Sequence record: LC765218.1
Length of the DNA stretch: 64,000 nt
Source: Pseudomonas phage BRkr
Reading direction: 5' to 3' (one strand)
Shown here: positions 27,589-36,601 of the stretch, in pieces
Position numbering within the stretch: position 1 is the first letter of the stretch
Layout: the number at the start of each line of letters is the position of its first letter
Position numbers and translations under genes: made by a program
Notes under the pieces: generated by a model
Seen by the model: only the letters and a program-made list of their open reading frames with translations
The model's database searches: none
Told to the model about the DNA's origin: nothing

Positions 27589-28956
27589 ATGTCCGATGTA
27601 ATCGTACAACTACCGTTAGATAAGACCGGACGTGATCCGAATAACCTGGTAGGTAGCGAAGAAGCAACTCTTACCCCTATCTCGGGGTTCCCTTTTAAAA
27701 TGGTAACCATGTATCACGGTGGTTTCTATGTTAATAGCCTCCGTGTATATGACTCTCGTTACGTTCCTTTAATTCGTGATAAAGATTATATCGTCACGTA
27801 TTACCATAAGCAAGCCAGCGAGTTCTATGGCCTTGATATTGCCAGTGGTATTGTTTTCTTGGATCGTACTCGTACCGGTAAGATTTACATGTCGGCGCAG
27901 ATGGTAGGCGGCGATGTTGCATTTAGTTTCACAGTCATCGACGATTATGTAAACTTCTGGAAAACTAAGCCTTCTGACTATATTCCTAAATGGCTTGATT
28001 ATAACGGCACTGAACCGATTTATGGTCCTGGCGAGTTAGCTGCCCTACGCTGGCGCTTGGATACATATCAGCCGTTTAACAACGAGATTGAGAATATCTC
28101 TCGGGCAATCACTGGCCAACTTGGTAATACAGAAGCAGAGTTCCGTGTTGATGTAAAAGCTGAATATGATCGTTTCTTACAACGTTTCAATAATCGCCTC
28201 GATCTACACATTCAAGATAAAGAAAACCCACACGTCGACACAAAAGAACATGTAGGTTTAGGTCTTGTAGAAAACTACCGCGTAGCGAGTCTTGCAGAGG
28301 CTACAGCAGGTATATCGAACGAACTCTATCTTACCCCACAGCTTTCGGCTGCGGAAATAAATAAGATCGGTGGAGATCCACTACAGGCCCACATCGATGC
28401 ACGTGGCAACGTTCATGGCGTCACTAATGCACAGTTGAATACCAATAGCAAGCAAGAAGTAAATACTCTGGCTAATACCAAGTATCTGAGAAATGAAGTT
28501 GTTGAAAACTCTAACCTCGGATTTTGGTTAAACCAGGATATGACGTATAACCAAATTCTACAGTTGTATCGTAAAGACATTCCTGCAAATGCTTTTACTA
28601 ACTATGATCAAGGCAAGCTTCCTCTTGGTCGATTAGGTCGTGGTGTTCTGAATAATCGTGCTGTTCTCGATAACAATCGGAACTGGACTAACATTGATGC
28701 CCTGCTATCTCTTCTTCCTCAAGGTGGCAGTGGAGATGTTGCATTCGCATCTTTCAGTGTCAATATCACTCAGGCGCAAGCCAACGCAATGGTTGCTACA
28801 ACACCGCCGTTCTCTAACATGCGTTTGAATAGTATTGTTTTCTATTACATTCGCGAGACTAAGGCATGGGGTTCTGGTAACGGTGCATGGAACGGTGTAT
28901 ATGACATTCTTTACGCTTCTATGAATATCCCAGGTCAAGGTTGGGTACCAATCTAA
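27589..28956 (+). CDS. tail fibre protein (paralog 2)
   Basis: 455 aa. N-terminus MSDVIVQLPLDKTGRDPNNLVGSEE...MYHGGFYVNSL homologous to the neighbouring fibres. Repeats DKENPHVDTKEHVGLGLVENYRVASLAEATAG and ARGNVHGVTNAQL. Confidence 0.55.
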   Translation: MSDVIVQLPLDKTGRDPNNLVGSEEATLTPISGFPFKMVTMYHGGFYVNSLRVYDSRYVPLIRDKDYIVTYYHKQASEFYGLDIASGIVFLDRTRTGKIYMSAQMVGGDVAFSFTVIDDYVNFWKTKPSDYIPKWLDYNGTEPIYGPGELAALRWRLDTYQPFNNEIENISRAITGQLGNTEAEFRVDVKAEYDRFLQRFNNRLDLHIQDKENPHVDTKEHVGLGLVENYRVASLAEATAGISNELYLTPQLSAAEINKIGGDPLQAHIDARGNVHGVTNAQLNTNSKQEVNTLANTKYLRNEVVENSNLGFWLNQDMTYNQILQLYRKDIPANAFTNYDQGKLPLGRLGRGVLNNRAVLDNNRNWTNIDALLSLLPQGGSGDVAFASFSVNITQAQANAMVATTPPFSNMRLNSIVFYYIRETKAWGSGNGAWNGVYDILYASMNIPGQGWVPI

Positions 28957-28966
28957 AGGAATCAAC

Positions 28967-30373
28967 ATGAACCCATTACTTCACGCTCTTCCCTACGATG
29001 GGACGGGCACTTGTTTCAATAACCGCACGCGTGGAGAATACCACAACTTGGCAGATCAAGCTGGTCTGCCATATCGGGTGATTGTTCTGGATAAAGGTTA
29101 CTTCTACAATAACAATCTGCACATGATTGATGGTCGTGGCTATGTGTTAAAAGAGAAGGACGATTTCCAATGCACTCAGATGCATCCAGAGATTACTAAG
29201 AAGACTGGCATTCCAGCTTTTGCAGTTATTGTCATTAAGAACCCACGGGTTCACCATGAGATCAGGGTTGATGCCCAGATGGTCGGTGGTGTTTACTGTA
29301 ATCTTGGTAAAGCAATCGCTAACCAAGCACTCGGGTTGATCAACAATACTCGGAAGATTCATTGGAACAATATTACTGGTAAACCGGATGATTACAAACC
29401 CAACGGTCACCTACATGCGTTGTGGGAACTTTACGGGTTTACGCTTCAAGTATTACTACTTAAGCGAATTACTGCCGCCGGTGAAAAGTTCGTAAAGAAA
29501 GACATGGATGCTTTGTTTGACCAATATAAAGCCGAGCTTGCTTTAGTTGGAGATGAACTTACTTCCATTGAGCAACGTCTTACTACCCACATTAACGATC
29601 GTAATAACCCGCACAAACTCACTGCCGCTAAAGTTCAGCTGGATAAAGTGAAGAATGCTGCTATTGCTACGAAAGATCAAGCTGAAGCAGCTAACGGGGA
29701 TATTCTGGATCGTTACGCTACGCCATTACGAGCTAAGCAAAGTATCGACAAGAACTTCTTACCGATTCTACAGGCGCACGTTGATGACCGTAATAACCCA
29801 CACAAAGAGACAGCTGCTAAACTTGGTACGTATACCGTTCAAGAACATCAGCAAGTTGCTGGGAACTATTACAACCGTGGTGAAACCGTTAACAGTACCG
29901 AACGTATTGGTGGCGTTAAAGATGCCAACAACAATACGACTAGCAATGGCATGACTTTCCAAGAGCTTTACGAGTTCACTCGTCAGGATGAAATCCTTGG
30001 ACAGCTGAAGACTGGTTTGCTGCCACCGCAAACTTTTGCAAGTGGGGCTATTCCACCTGCTAACAACTACGCTTTCCTTGTTCCTGCTTCTGCTGATGCA
30101 GCAAGCTGGCTTCATTGGATCGATATCCAAACAGCATGGATCGATAAACCAAAGAGCGTTATTTATGCGGCAGGGTCATTTGATCCTAACGGTGCAAACG
30201 CTGAAGCTCAGTTGAACAACGTGCTAGGTAGGAACCACCCTGCTGGTACAACGGCCATCTTCCGTTATCTTGGTGGCTGGGGTATCGGTACTGGTAACGG
30301 TGCAATCACAACGTATATTAACTCCGTTGGTTTCGCTGTATTTAATACATCGTTAAATTCCTGGAAGGTATAA
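28967..30373 (+). CDS. tail fibre protein (paralog 3)
   Basis: 468 aa. Repeats HINDRNNPHKLTAAKVQL...ATKDQAEAANG and HVDDRNNPHKETAAKLG. Shares the N-terminal module with the other fibres. Confidence 0.55.
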   Translation: MNPLLHALPYDGTGTCFNNRTRGEYHNLADQAGLPYRVIVLDKGYFYNNNLHMIDGRGYVLKEKDDFQCTQMHPEITKKTGIPAFAVIVIKNPRVHHEIRVDAQMVGGVYCNLGKAIANQALGLINNTRKIHWNNITGKPDDYKPNGHLHALWELYGFTLQVLLLKRITAAGEKFVKKDMDALFDQYKAELALVGDELTSIEQRLTTHINDRNNPHKLTAAKVQLDKVKNAAIATKDQAEAANGDILDRYATPLRAKQSIDKNFLPILQAHVDDRNNPHKETAAKLGTYTVQEHQQVAGNYYNRGETVNSTERIGGVKDANNNTTSNGMTFQELYEFTRQDEILGQLKTGLLPPQTFASGAIPPANNYAFLVPASADAASWLHWIDIQTAWIDKPKSVIYAAGSFDPNGANAEAQLNNVLGRNHPAGTTAIFRYLGGWGIGTGNGAITTYINSVGFAVFNTSLNSWKV

Positions 30374-31738
30374 ATGAACGATATTACTTTTCTTGAGCTT
30401 GACCTTACCGGTGAAGATCCAGATAACTGGATTAAAGGTGAGGAACACACTCTAATTCAAGTTCCTGGTAAGAAGCATCGCGTATTCGTTTGTACCCATG
30501 GCGGTTTCTATACGAATGGCTTTGTACTGAGGGACTCTACTGGTAAAGCTCTTGTGCGTGGTAAAGACTATGTTCTAACGTATCACTACGAAAAGCTTTC
30601 TGAAATGACTGGTCAAAATGTGATGGGTCTCGTTGTTATCATCAACGCCTCCGTCACACCAGTCGTTCGTGCGGAATATCATGCAGTAGGTGGATTCTTT
30701 AGTGTTTCTGTAAAAGAACTTAAAGCACTAATGGAGAAGATAGATGAGACTAATCTTAAGTTTACTTGGGAAGAAATCATCGGTAAACCAACTGCATATA
30801 CTCCATCAGAACACATGCACAAATATTGGCAGTTGTATGGTCTTGAATCCACGGTTGTCAATATTAACCGTTTAGGTGATGCATGGGCAGTGGGTCGAAC
30901 TGCAATTCTAGCGGCTGGTACGGATTATTACAAATATTACGTTCAGCTTGCGAAAGACGATGTGCAGAATTATATCAACCGTGTGAACGCTCACATAACC
31001 GATGAAAATAATCCGCACTCTTCGGATAAGGTAAAGATTAAGCTTGGGCAAATTAACAACTGGCCAATGGCTACAAAAGCTCAGACAACAGATACTAGCC
31101 TAACCAATGTGTATATGCCGATTGGTGGTATTTTCAATCTGATCCAATCCATTTTGATTCCAAAGATTACAGATCACATTCGTAATCAAAATAACCCTCA
31201 TGGGTTAACACTGGCGATCATGAACTTGTACAGTAAAGCTGAAATCGATGCTATTTATGCACAACGGCTTCACCGTACACAACGCGCATTTACATCTAAA
31301 CGGTTGGCTGGGGTTGGTTGGGAACAATTGTATTTCCCTGCACGAGTTGACCTAGATGCTAGTAACGTTTGGAATATCACTCGCTTTGAATTAAAGCAAT
31401 TCGTTACGACTTTCCCAACTCCATGGCCTCCTACTGGAACTGATCCTCAAGGTCGTCCAAATATCCCGTCTGACTACTGCATTATGGGTAATGGACAAAT
31501 CGTTCACTTCCGTGATCTATTTGCGACTTATAATGCCAATGCACGTGGGCACTATTATGCTGGTGGACGTTATGCTAGCGCTCAAGCTGCTATCAGTGCT
31601 CTCCAGGCAAATATCTCGCAGATTGCTGATGGTGGTTATGGATTTGCTCAATACTTGCTGGACTTCAACAATGGTCGCAAAATGCCAACAATGGTTGTAA
31701 TGCGCCGTAACGGTAGTAGTCTCACTCGAATCGTCTAA
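30374..31738 (+). CDS. tail fibre protein (paralog 4)
   Basis: 454 aa. N-terminus MNDITFLELDLTGEDPDNWIKGEE...THGGFYTNGF. Repeats HITDENNPHSSDKVKIKLGQINNWPMATKAQ and IRNQNNPHGLTLAIMNLYSKAEIDAIY. Start overlaps the upstream stop (TAAATG). Confidence 0.55.
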   Translation: MNDITFLELDLTGEDPDNWIKGEEHTLIQVPGKKHRVFVCTHGGFYTNGFVLRDSTGKALVRGKDYVLTYHYEKLSEMTGQNVMGLVVIINASVTPVVRAEYHAVGGFFSVSVKELKALMEKIDETNLKFTWEEIIGKPTAYTPSEHMHKYWQLYGLESTVVNINRLGDAWAVGRTAILAAGTDYYKYYVQLAKDDVQNYINRVNAHITDENNPHSSDKVKIKLGQINNWPMATKAQTTDTSLTNVYMPIGGIFNLIQSILIPKITDHIRNQNNPHGLTLAIMNLYSKAEIDAIYAQRLHRTQRAFTSKRLAGVGWEQLYFPARVDLDASNVWNITRFELKQFVTTFPTPWPPTGTDPQGRPNIPSDYCIMGNGQIVHFRDLFATYNANARGHYYAGGRYASAQAAISALQANISQIADGGYGFAQYLLDFNNGRKMPTMVVMRRNGSSLTRIV

Positions 31739-31750
31739 AGGAAATTACAC

Positions 31751-32347
31751 ATGTTCGATTTTCATAATGTACCAGAACCTGAAAAGGGTCGTAAACCTGT
31801 TGTCCTTTGTTTTAACCGTCTGAATGGTAAGTTCATCGTTGCTACTTCGATGACTATCGATCAATGCGATCCAGATAACCCAAACGTGATCTATGTTGAA
31901 GACAACATGGATCTGTTTAATGGTGACCGAGTTGTCGGTGACCTCACCATCAATGACGATGGAACCTGGGAAAAGAACTACTCTATTCTTGGAGAGAACG
32001 AAGGTCCTCGTCTGATCTATGAAGCACAGCTGGACAACCAGATGGCTTACAAGATCACTCAACGTTATCCTGTCGTAGAACAAGTAAACGTGCTTGGGCG
32101 TGCAATCGTGGCTCTTGCAGAGAAGACCGGTCTTGAACTTACTGAACTTAGTGAGATGCTAGACTATATCAAACTCTGTAAAGATACTAGTCGAAATCAC
32201 AAAGAGTTCTATCAGAATGATCCCAACTACGAATACATTACCAATGAGCAAGAAGCCGAAGATCGAGCTGCTACCTTCGAAGGCGGTCTCCATGAACTCA
32301 TTGGCCCAAGAAACATCGAAGGCGGTCGTGTTTTCGCAACCAGTTAG
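31751..32347 (+). CDS. hypothetical protein
   Basis: 198-aa ORF following the fibre array. Confidence 0.5.
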   Translation: MFDFHNVPEPEKGRKPVVLCFNRLNGKFIVATSMTIDQCDPDNPNVIYVEDNMDLFNGDRVVGDLTINDDGTWEKNYSILGENEGPRLIYEAQLDNQMAYKITQRYPVVEQVNVLGRAIVALAEKTGLELTELSEMLDYIKLCKDTSRNHKEFYQNDPNYEYITNEQEAEDRAATFEGGLHELIGPRNIEGGRVFATS

Positions 32348-32774
32348 TGAAAGACTGGTGGAGTACTTAAAAGCGCTACCTCGTGCAAGATGGTACAATC
32401 GCAAGAAGATAAATAGTATCCCTACCAAGGGTACAGTGGAAGCAAACTACTGGTTCCTTGGTAATGGTCAGATGCCAAAAGAACTTAGCGATTATCTGTT
32501 TGAAATTGCACCAACTATCAATGGGATAAAACCCAAAGAAGCATGTGTCAATATGTACGAGGTTGGTTTTGGTATGCCGGAGCATATCGACATTGCAATG
32601 TATAGATTTAATATGGTGATTGCATTGTGTGATAATGGAGATGGACTCGACCTAAATGGTGAGTTCATCCCAGATGTTCCTGGAAGAGCAGTAATCTTTC
32701 CAGCTAAAACACCACCGCATTCTGTACCACCCGTAAAACACCTACGCTTCGTTCTCATCTATCTCTACGAGTAG
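32292..32774 (+). CDS. 2OG-Fe(II) oxygenase-like small protein (start uncertain)
   Basis: The reading frame overlaps the upstream gene. The first in-frame ATG after the bulk of the upstream gene is at 32292 (an alternative is GTG at 32358). Contains HID ... (about 45 aa) ... PPHSV ... R, which fits the HxD...H...R facial-triad arrangement of 2OG-dependent dioxygenases. Confidence 0.35.
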   Translation: MNSLAQETSKAVVFSQPVSERLVEYLKALPRARWYNRKKINSIPTKGTVEANYWFLGNGQMPKELSDYLFEIAPTINGIKPKEACVNMYEVGFGMPEHIDIAMYRFNMVIALCDNGDGLDLNGEFIPDVPGRAVIFPAKTPPHSVPPVKHLRFVLIYLYE

Positions 32775-32781
32775 GACAGAT

Positions 32782-33270
32782 ATGTATAAACATTACGACC
32801 CCCTTACCGAAGAGGAAGTAACTACTTTAGTAGACCTCTCTCGTAAGGTTAAATATAAAGACTCGTATGGCTCTCGTTGCCGTATCGGTAAGAACAAAAC
32901 CAAAGCACTGAGTATTTACAACTATTCTAAGTGGTTTGATTGGACATCTAAACAACGAGATATCTTCAAGGTTGGTTTTAGTGAAGATATCCAAAATAAA
33001 GCTGTTCAAGGTTGGTTCCTAGATATTCCAGCTGGTCGTGGTTTCCTCGATCAGATGACAACGTGGGTCAATAAAACTGGTGCAGGTACCATCGTCGCAA
33101 CTGCATTAAAAGATAGACAAGCCATTCAACTTAATGGACGTTTGATCGAACTTCGTAAAGGTGAACAGATCGCCTTTAACCTTAGTACAGTTCACGCGAT
33201 TCCTAAATCCGACCATGGTCAGTTGTGGGCATGTGTAATGATACGTGGTGACTTCCAACAGTACACCTAA
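32782..33270 (+). CDS. hypothetical protein, possible degenerate paralog of the upstream oxygenase-like protein
   Basis: 162 aa with a similar overall layout (LxEEV..L at the N-terminus, beta-rich C-terminus with HAIPKSDHGQLW) but no clear HxD. Confidence 0.4.
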   Translation: MYKHYDPLTEEEVTTLVDLSRKVKYKDSYGSRCRIGKNKTKALSIYNYSKWFDWTSKQRDIFKVGFSEDIQNKAVQGWFLDIPAGRGFLDQMTTWVNKTGAGTIVATALKDRQAIQLNGRLIELRKGEQIAFNLSTVHAIPKSDHGQLWACVMIRGDFQQYT

Positions 33271-33300
33271 CGGCATAAACCTCCCTAACGGGAGGCAAGC
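33271..33300 (+). terminator. hairpin GGCATAAAC-CTCCC-TAAC-GGGAGG
   Basis: 6-bp stem with the conserved GGCATAAA flank. Only a weak T-tract follows. Confidence 0.4.
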
Positions 33301-33353
33301 CAAAAATTCTTACACAATGGTACAATGAACTTTCTAAGTCAAGGATTAAAAGA

Positions 33354-34250
33354 ATGGCTAGTAACCCTATCGATCAGCAGATTATCAACGTAGTACGTAC
33401 GTGCTATGCATCTTATCTGCAAACTACAAAATATCTCGGTCTATCTCCGTTCCGTGTGATTGCACATACAACTCTGAATGAGAAGTTCGGTGTACAAAAT
33501 GGCGTAACTCCAGCAGCGGGTGAAATTCCGAACGTGCGTTATATGGTAATTGGTAACATGGGTCACTACACAATCAAAGCCGCTGATGGCTCCGATGAAG
33601 TAGAAAACCGTATTCACCGTTCTAACCATGCTGCACTTTATAACCATATTCCGTTTGCACTGCGTGAAGTAACTGATGATCTTCCAGCCGCACAACGGGA
33701 TCGGTTCTGCTTACGTGTTCCGGAAAAACATAATGGTAAAAACTACGTTGCCTATTATGGAATGCGCATTAACGTTACAGGTGTACAACCACAGCTTCTG
33801 GAAATCGAAGTAATTAATGGTATTCCAACACCGAAACCGTACACACCAACTGTTGATGATCTTAACCCAGTACCGCCAGCTATTTCGAACAACGGTACAG
33901 TTATCGGTTCTAACGTTAATATCTCGGCCAGTGCTATCGTTAAGGTTAGCCTGTCTGCTGAAGATATCATCGAGATTACCAACGCGCATCGAATTCGTAC
34001 TGCATCGACTCGTTCTCCGATTATCTCTGAGATCGGCTTGTGTTCTGGTGTTGACCGTAAGGTCGATGCACCCGCCGGTACGGGTGGTTCGTTCCAATAT
34101 CTCGAAGTAATCGCTTGTCAAGTTAACGTACATATTGCCACTAACCATCCAATTGGTTATAACTCGAATGGTCTTAACCTAACCTTCGATATTGGTGGTG
34201 TAGAACCTACTCTTGGCGACAAGGCTGTAAACGTAGCTAAGTTCGTATAA
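33354..34250 (+). CDS. hypothetical structural (beta-rich) protein
   Basis: 298 aa, G/T/V/N-rich, with codon bias like the structural genes. RBS AAGGAttaaaagaATG. Preceded by a TGgTACAAT extended -10-like element. Confidence 0.5.
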   Translation: MASNPIDQQIINVVRTCYASYLQTTKYLGLSPFRVIAHTTLNEKFGVQNGVTPAAGEIPNVRYMVIGNMGHYTIKAADGSDEVENRIHRSNHAALYNHIPFALREVTDDLPAAQRDRFCLRVPEKHNGKNYVAYYGMRINVTGVQPQLLEIEVINGIPTPKPYTPTVDDLNPVPPAISNNGTVIGSNVNISASAIVKVSLSAEDIIEITNAHRIRTASTRSPIISEIGLCSGVDRKVDAPAGTGGSFQYLEVIACQVNVHIATNHPIGYNSNGLNLTFDIGGVEPTLGDKAVNVAKFV

Positions 34251-34260
34251 GGACTTAGTT

Positions 34261-34827
34261 ATGTTGCAGATGCCTGAAAGTGATGAACCATTCCGTGTTG
34301 CTTCGTTCGACCCAGGTTCGTCTAACTTGGGTCAAGCGTTGTTGGAACATGGCTTTAAGAATGAAGGTGTGGCGGTGAAAACCGCCTATACCTCTGTTCT
34401 TAGAGATACTCATCCGGACTATTCAATGTTCGGGGAATTGCATGGTAGTCGGGTAGTCCGATTAATGATAATGCGAGATTTGATACTAGACTTCTTAAGG
34501 ACACATAGACCACATGCTGTTATTGTTGAATCTAACTATCTAGGTAGATTTGCCACAAGCTTTGCCGCATTGGTTGAATGTGTTGCCGTTATACGAAGTG
34601 CTCTTTTTGAGTATGACCCTTTTATACCGCTTTACATGGTTGACCCTACAACAGTTAAAACCAACGTGGGTATGAAGAAAATTAAGGGTACAGACAAAGA
34701 AGATGTGCGACGTGCATTGGTAAGTAGAACCGACGTTGTTTGGGGTGATGTTGATCATAGTCAACTAGATGAACACTCCATCGATGCAGTAGCAATCGGT
34801 TACTATTTCCTTACACAGTTGTTCTAG
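34261..34827 (+). CDS. RuvC-like Holliday junction resolvase
   Basis: ASFDPGSSNLGQALL resembles the RuvC motif I (GIDPGsr.tG). AVIVESNYLG supplies the catalytic Glu. DEHSIDAVAIGYYF resembles the RuvC C-terminal DhaADAlAIA motif. 188 aa. Confidence 0.55.
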   Translation: MLQMPESDEPFRVASFDPGSSNLGQALLEHGFKNEGVAVKTAYTSVLRDTHPDYSMFGELHGSRVVRLMIMRDLILDFLRTHRPHAVIVESNYLGRFATSFAALVECVAVIRSALFEYDPFIPLYMVDPTTVKTNVGMKKIKGTDKEDVRRALVSRTDVVWGDVDHSQLDEHSIDAVAIGYYFLTQLF

Positions 34828-34839
34828 ATGTGAGGTAGT

Positions 34840-35334
34840 ATGTTCAACTGGTTAAAAAACATCAAGTGGTTTAATTGGGTGTTTATCGGTATAGTTATTA
34901 CCGGTGGGCTTGGACTGTTGTTCTTCTATAACCAGTATACTGATCAGCTTGTACACAATGGCAGTTTAGTTGAGAAAAATGGTCAACTAGAAGTCAAAGT
35001 CGAAATGCAGGGTAAGTCAGCTGCCATCACTGATGAAACCGTTACTCAGTATACCACTCAAAAAGTCGATGAGCTGAGAGAGCTGGAACAATCACGAGCA
35101 GGAGTGATTGATGAGTACATTAACTTATCCGGACAATCTGGGGTCAGTTGGCCTACTACAGAAAATGTCCCTGTGGAAAAAACTAGGGATGAACCTATTC
35201 GGAAAAATCCCACCACCGCCATTAAAGATAATGGTAGTGTTACTGACGATGTTGCTCTTATCACCCTTGCTAATAGGATGTACGAGCACTACTGCAAAGC
35301 CAAGCGGCTGGACCCGCAGTGCGGTACCAAGTAG
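34840..35334 (+). CDS. i-spanin (Rz-like, N-terminal TM plus periplasmic helical domain)
   Basis: RBS GAGGTagtATG. N-terminal TM helix WVFIGIVITGGLGLLFF. Helical region VDELRELEQSRAGVIDEYI. Contains an overlapping lipoprotein ORF in the +1 frame. Confidence 0.5.
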   Translation: MFNWLKNIKWFNWVFIGIVITGGLGLLFFYNQYTDQLVHNGSLVEKNGQLEVKVEMQGKSAAITDETVTQYTTQKVDELRELEQSRAGVIDEYINLSGQSGVSWPTTENVPVEKTRDEPIRKNPTTAIKDNGSVTDDVALITLANRMYEHYCKAKRLDPQCGTK

Positions 35335-35581
35335 CTTTACTCAACTTTGCTATGTAGCTCCTCCACCGTCAGCTGACGATCTCATCAATGCACCTAGTCG
35401 GTATAAAGTAGCTGGGATCACTGATCCATGGGAAGCTCGTTTCCTATTGATGACAGATCACTGGTTATTACAGACTGACTATCTCGGTTCGTGTAATTTG
35501 CAAATCGAGAAGCTCCGTGACTGGGATAAAAAACAGTCAGAGATGGAGAGAAGCTATGACTCTGGAAAAAATATTAAGTGA
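35231..35581 (+). CDS. o-spanin (Rz1-like outer-membrane lipoprotein), overlapped architecture
   Basis: +1-frame ORF starting inside the i-spanin gene. Signal peptide MVVLLTMLLLSPLLIGC with a lipobox L-I-G-C. Pro-rich mature part (PPPSADD). Extends 247 nt beyond the i-spanin stop. Alternative start at 35189. Confidence 0.5.
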   Translation: MVVLLTMLLLSPLLIGCTSTTAKPSGWTRSAVPSSFTQLCYVAPPPSADDLINAPSRYKVAGITDPWEARFLLMTDHWLLQTDYLGSCNLQIEKLRDWDKKQSEMERSYDSGKNIK

Positions 35582-35960
35582 CCTTGGCGATAAGCCTTTG
35601 TCGAAAGCTCCTAACTATCGTCAAATCGTAGCATACTTGAACGGTATGTTACATGCAGATGGTAGTGCACGTGTTAATGGGAATACAACTGCCGATGAAG
35701 TATTAACTGAGATCTATTCTCTTTCTGATCTTGAAAAGCAGTCGAAGCTTCTCGAAAAAGAATACACTGGTGTTAGAGCTAGTGATACTTACCGCAGTTC
35801 TATTTTAACTGCAAGTGCCTTGTTAGCTATACTGTCCACTGGTGTAGTGATGAGTGTTATTAACACTGATGGTCCAATGACTTCAGAAGTAGCCGATATC
35901 TTTAAAACTTTAGGTATGGGTCTTATTGAAATCATTAAGATGGTAATTTCTACTCAGTAA
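35556..35960 (+). CDS. membrane protein, possible holin
   Basis: RBS GGAGAgaagctATG. 134 aa. TM segment ILTASALLAILSTGVVMSVI plus a C-terminal amphipathic stretch. Sits between the spanins and the endolysin. Confidence 0.3.
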   Translation: MTLEKILSDLGDKPLSKAPNYRQIVAYLNGMLHADGSARVNGNTTADEVLTEIYSLSDLEKQSKLLEKEYTGVRASDTYRSSILTASALLAILSTGVVMSVINTDGPMTSEVADIFKTLGMGLIEIIKMVISTQ

Positions 35961-35967
35961 CAATAAT

Positions 35968-36000
35968 ATTAGCCCCTCCTTAAGTGGAGGGGCTTTTATA
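35968..36000 (+). terminator. hairpin AGCCCCTCC-TTAAGT-GGAGGGGCT followed by TTTATAATG
   Basis: Perfect 9-bp stem. Confidence 0.5.
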
Positions 36001-36050
36001 ATGCTATGTGGGTTAAGTAAATTTTGTAAACCACAATTGAGGGTTTAACA

Positions 36051-36584
36051 ATGAGCGATCGTTTTCCTTATAACCTCCCGTCTCGTGCGGCACTCTGCCG
36101 TTTGATTCGGGAAACGTCTAAACACAAGAATATTCAGGACGAGTTTGTAAACTTCGAAGATATGTTCTTCAGTCCTACTTCTGGTGTTCCGGGGCGTACT
36201 TATATCGAGATGATCGATAACAAAGCTAGTCTAAAAGACTGGTTCGTTTATCGTCGTCTGGAATTGTCTCACCCTGATTGTCTTGGACCTAATCCGTCTA
36301 TTAAACTATCTGGTGTAGCTACACCTGCGGCCATCGCAGAAGAGATCAACCGTTCCCGTAAGATGACATTCGGTCCGGACGATCTATCCTTCTCTACCAC
36401 TGTCATTAATACCAAAGACGACGTATTCGAATATGAACTCGTTGCAATGACTGGTAGTTACGCCTACTTCGGTTCGACTATCGTTACGATCGAAATGGTT
36501 GAAGGTAACCAATATGCACGTCTACTTGAGGATGGTGGTTATCGTCTAATGGAAGACGGCTTGATTCGTGAGCTGGAACATTAA
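36051..36584 (+). CDS. hypothetical protein within the lysis cluster
   Basis: 177-aa ORF with RBS AGGGtttaacaATG. Confidence 0.5.
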   Translation: MSDRFPYNLPSRAALCRLIRETSKHKNIQDEFVNFEDMFFSPTSGVPGRTYIEMIDNKASLKDWFVYRRLELSHPDCLGPNPSIKLSGVATPAAIAEEINRSRKMTFGPDDLSFSTTVINTKDDVFEYELVAMTGSYAYFGSTIVTIEMVEGNQYARLLEDGGYRLMEDGLIRELEH

Positions 36585-36601
36585 TTACTGGAGACAGACA
36601 A

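Noticed and set aside
33318-33326. TGgTACAAT extended -10-like host sigma70 promoter upstream of 33354
   Set aside because: It is a single occurrence without a matching -35. phiKZ-like phages transcribe independently of the host RNAP, so the match is likely fortuitous. Kept only as a low-confidence note.
35108-35230. Longer o-spanin start at 35108 (MMSTLTYPDN...)
   Set aside because: The upstream 41 residues are not signal-peptide-like and lack an RBS. The lipoprotein signal begins at the ATG at 35231 (or possibly 35189).
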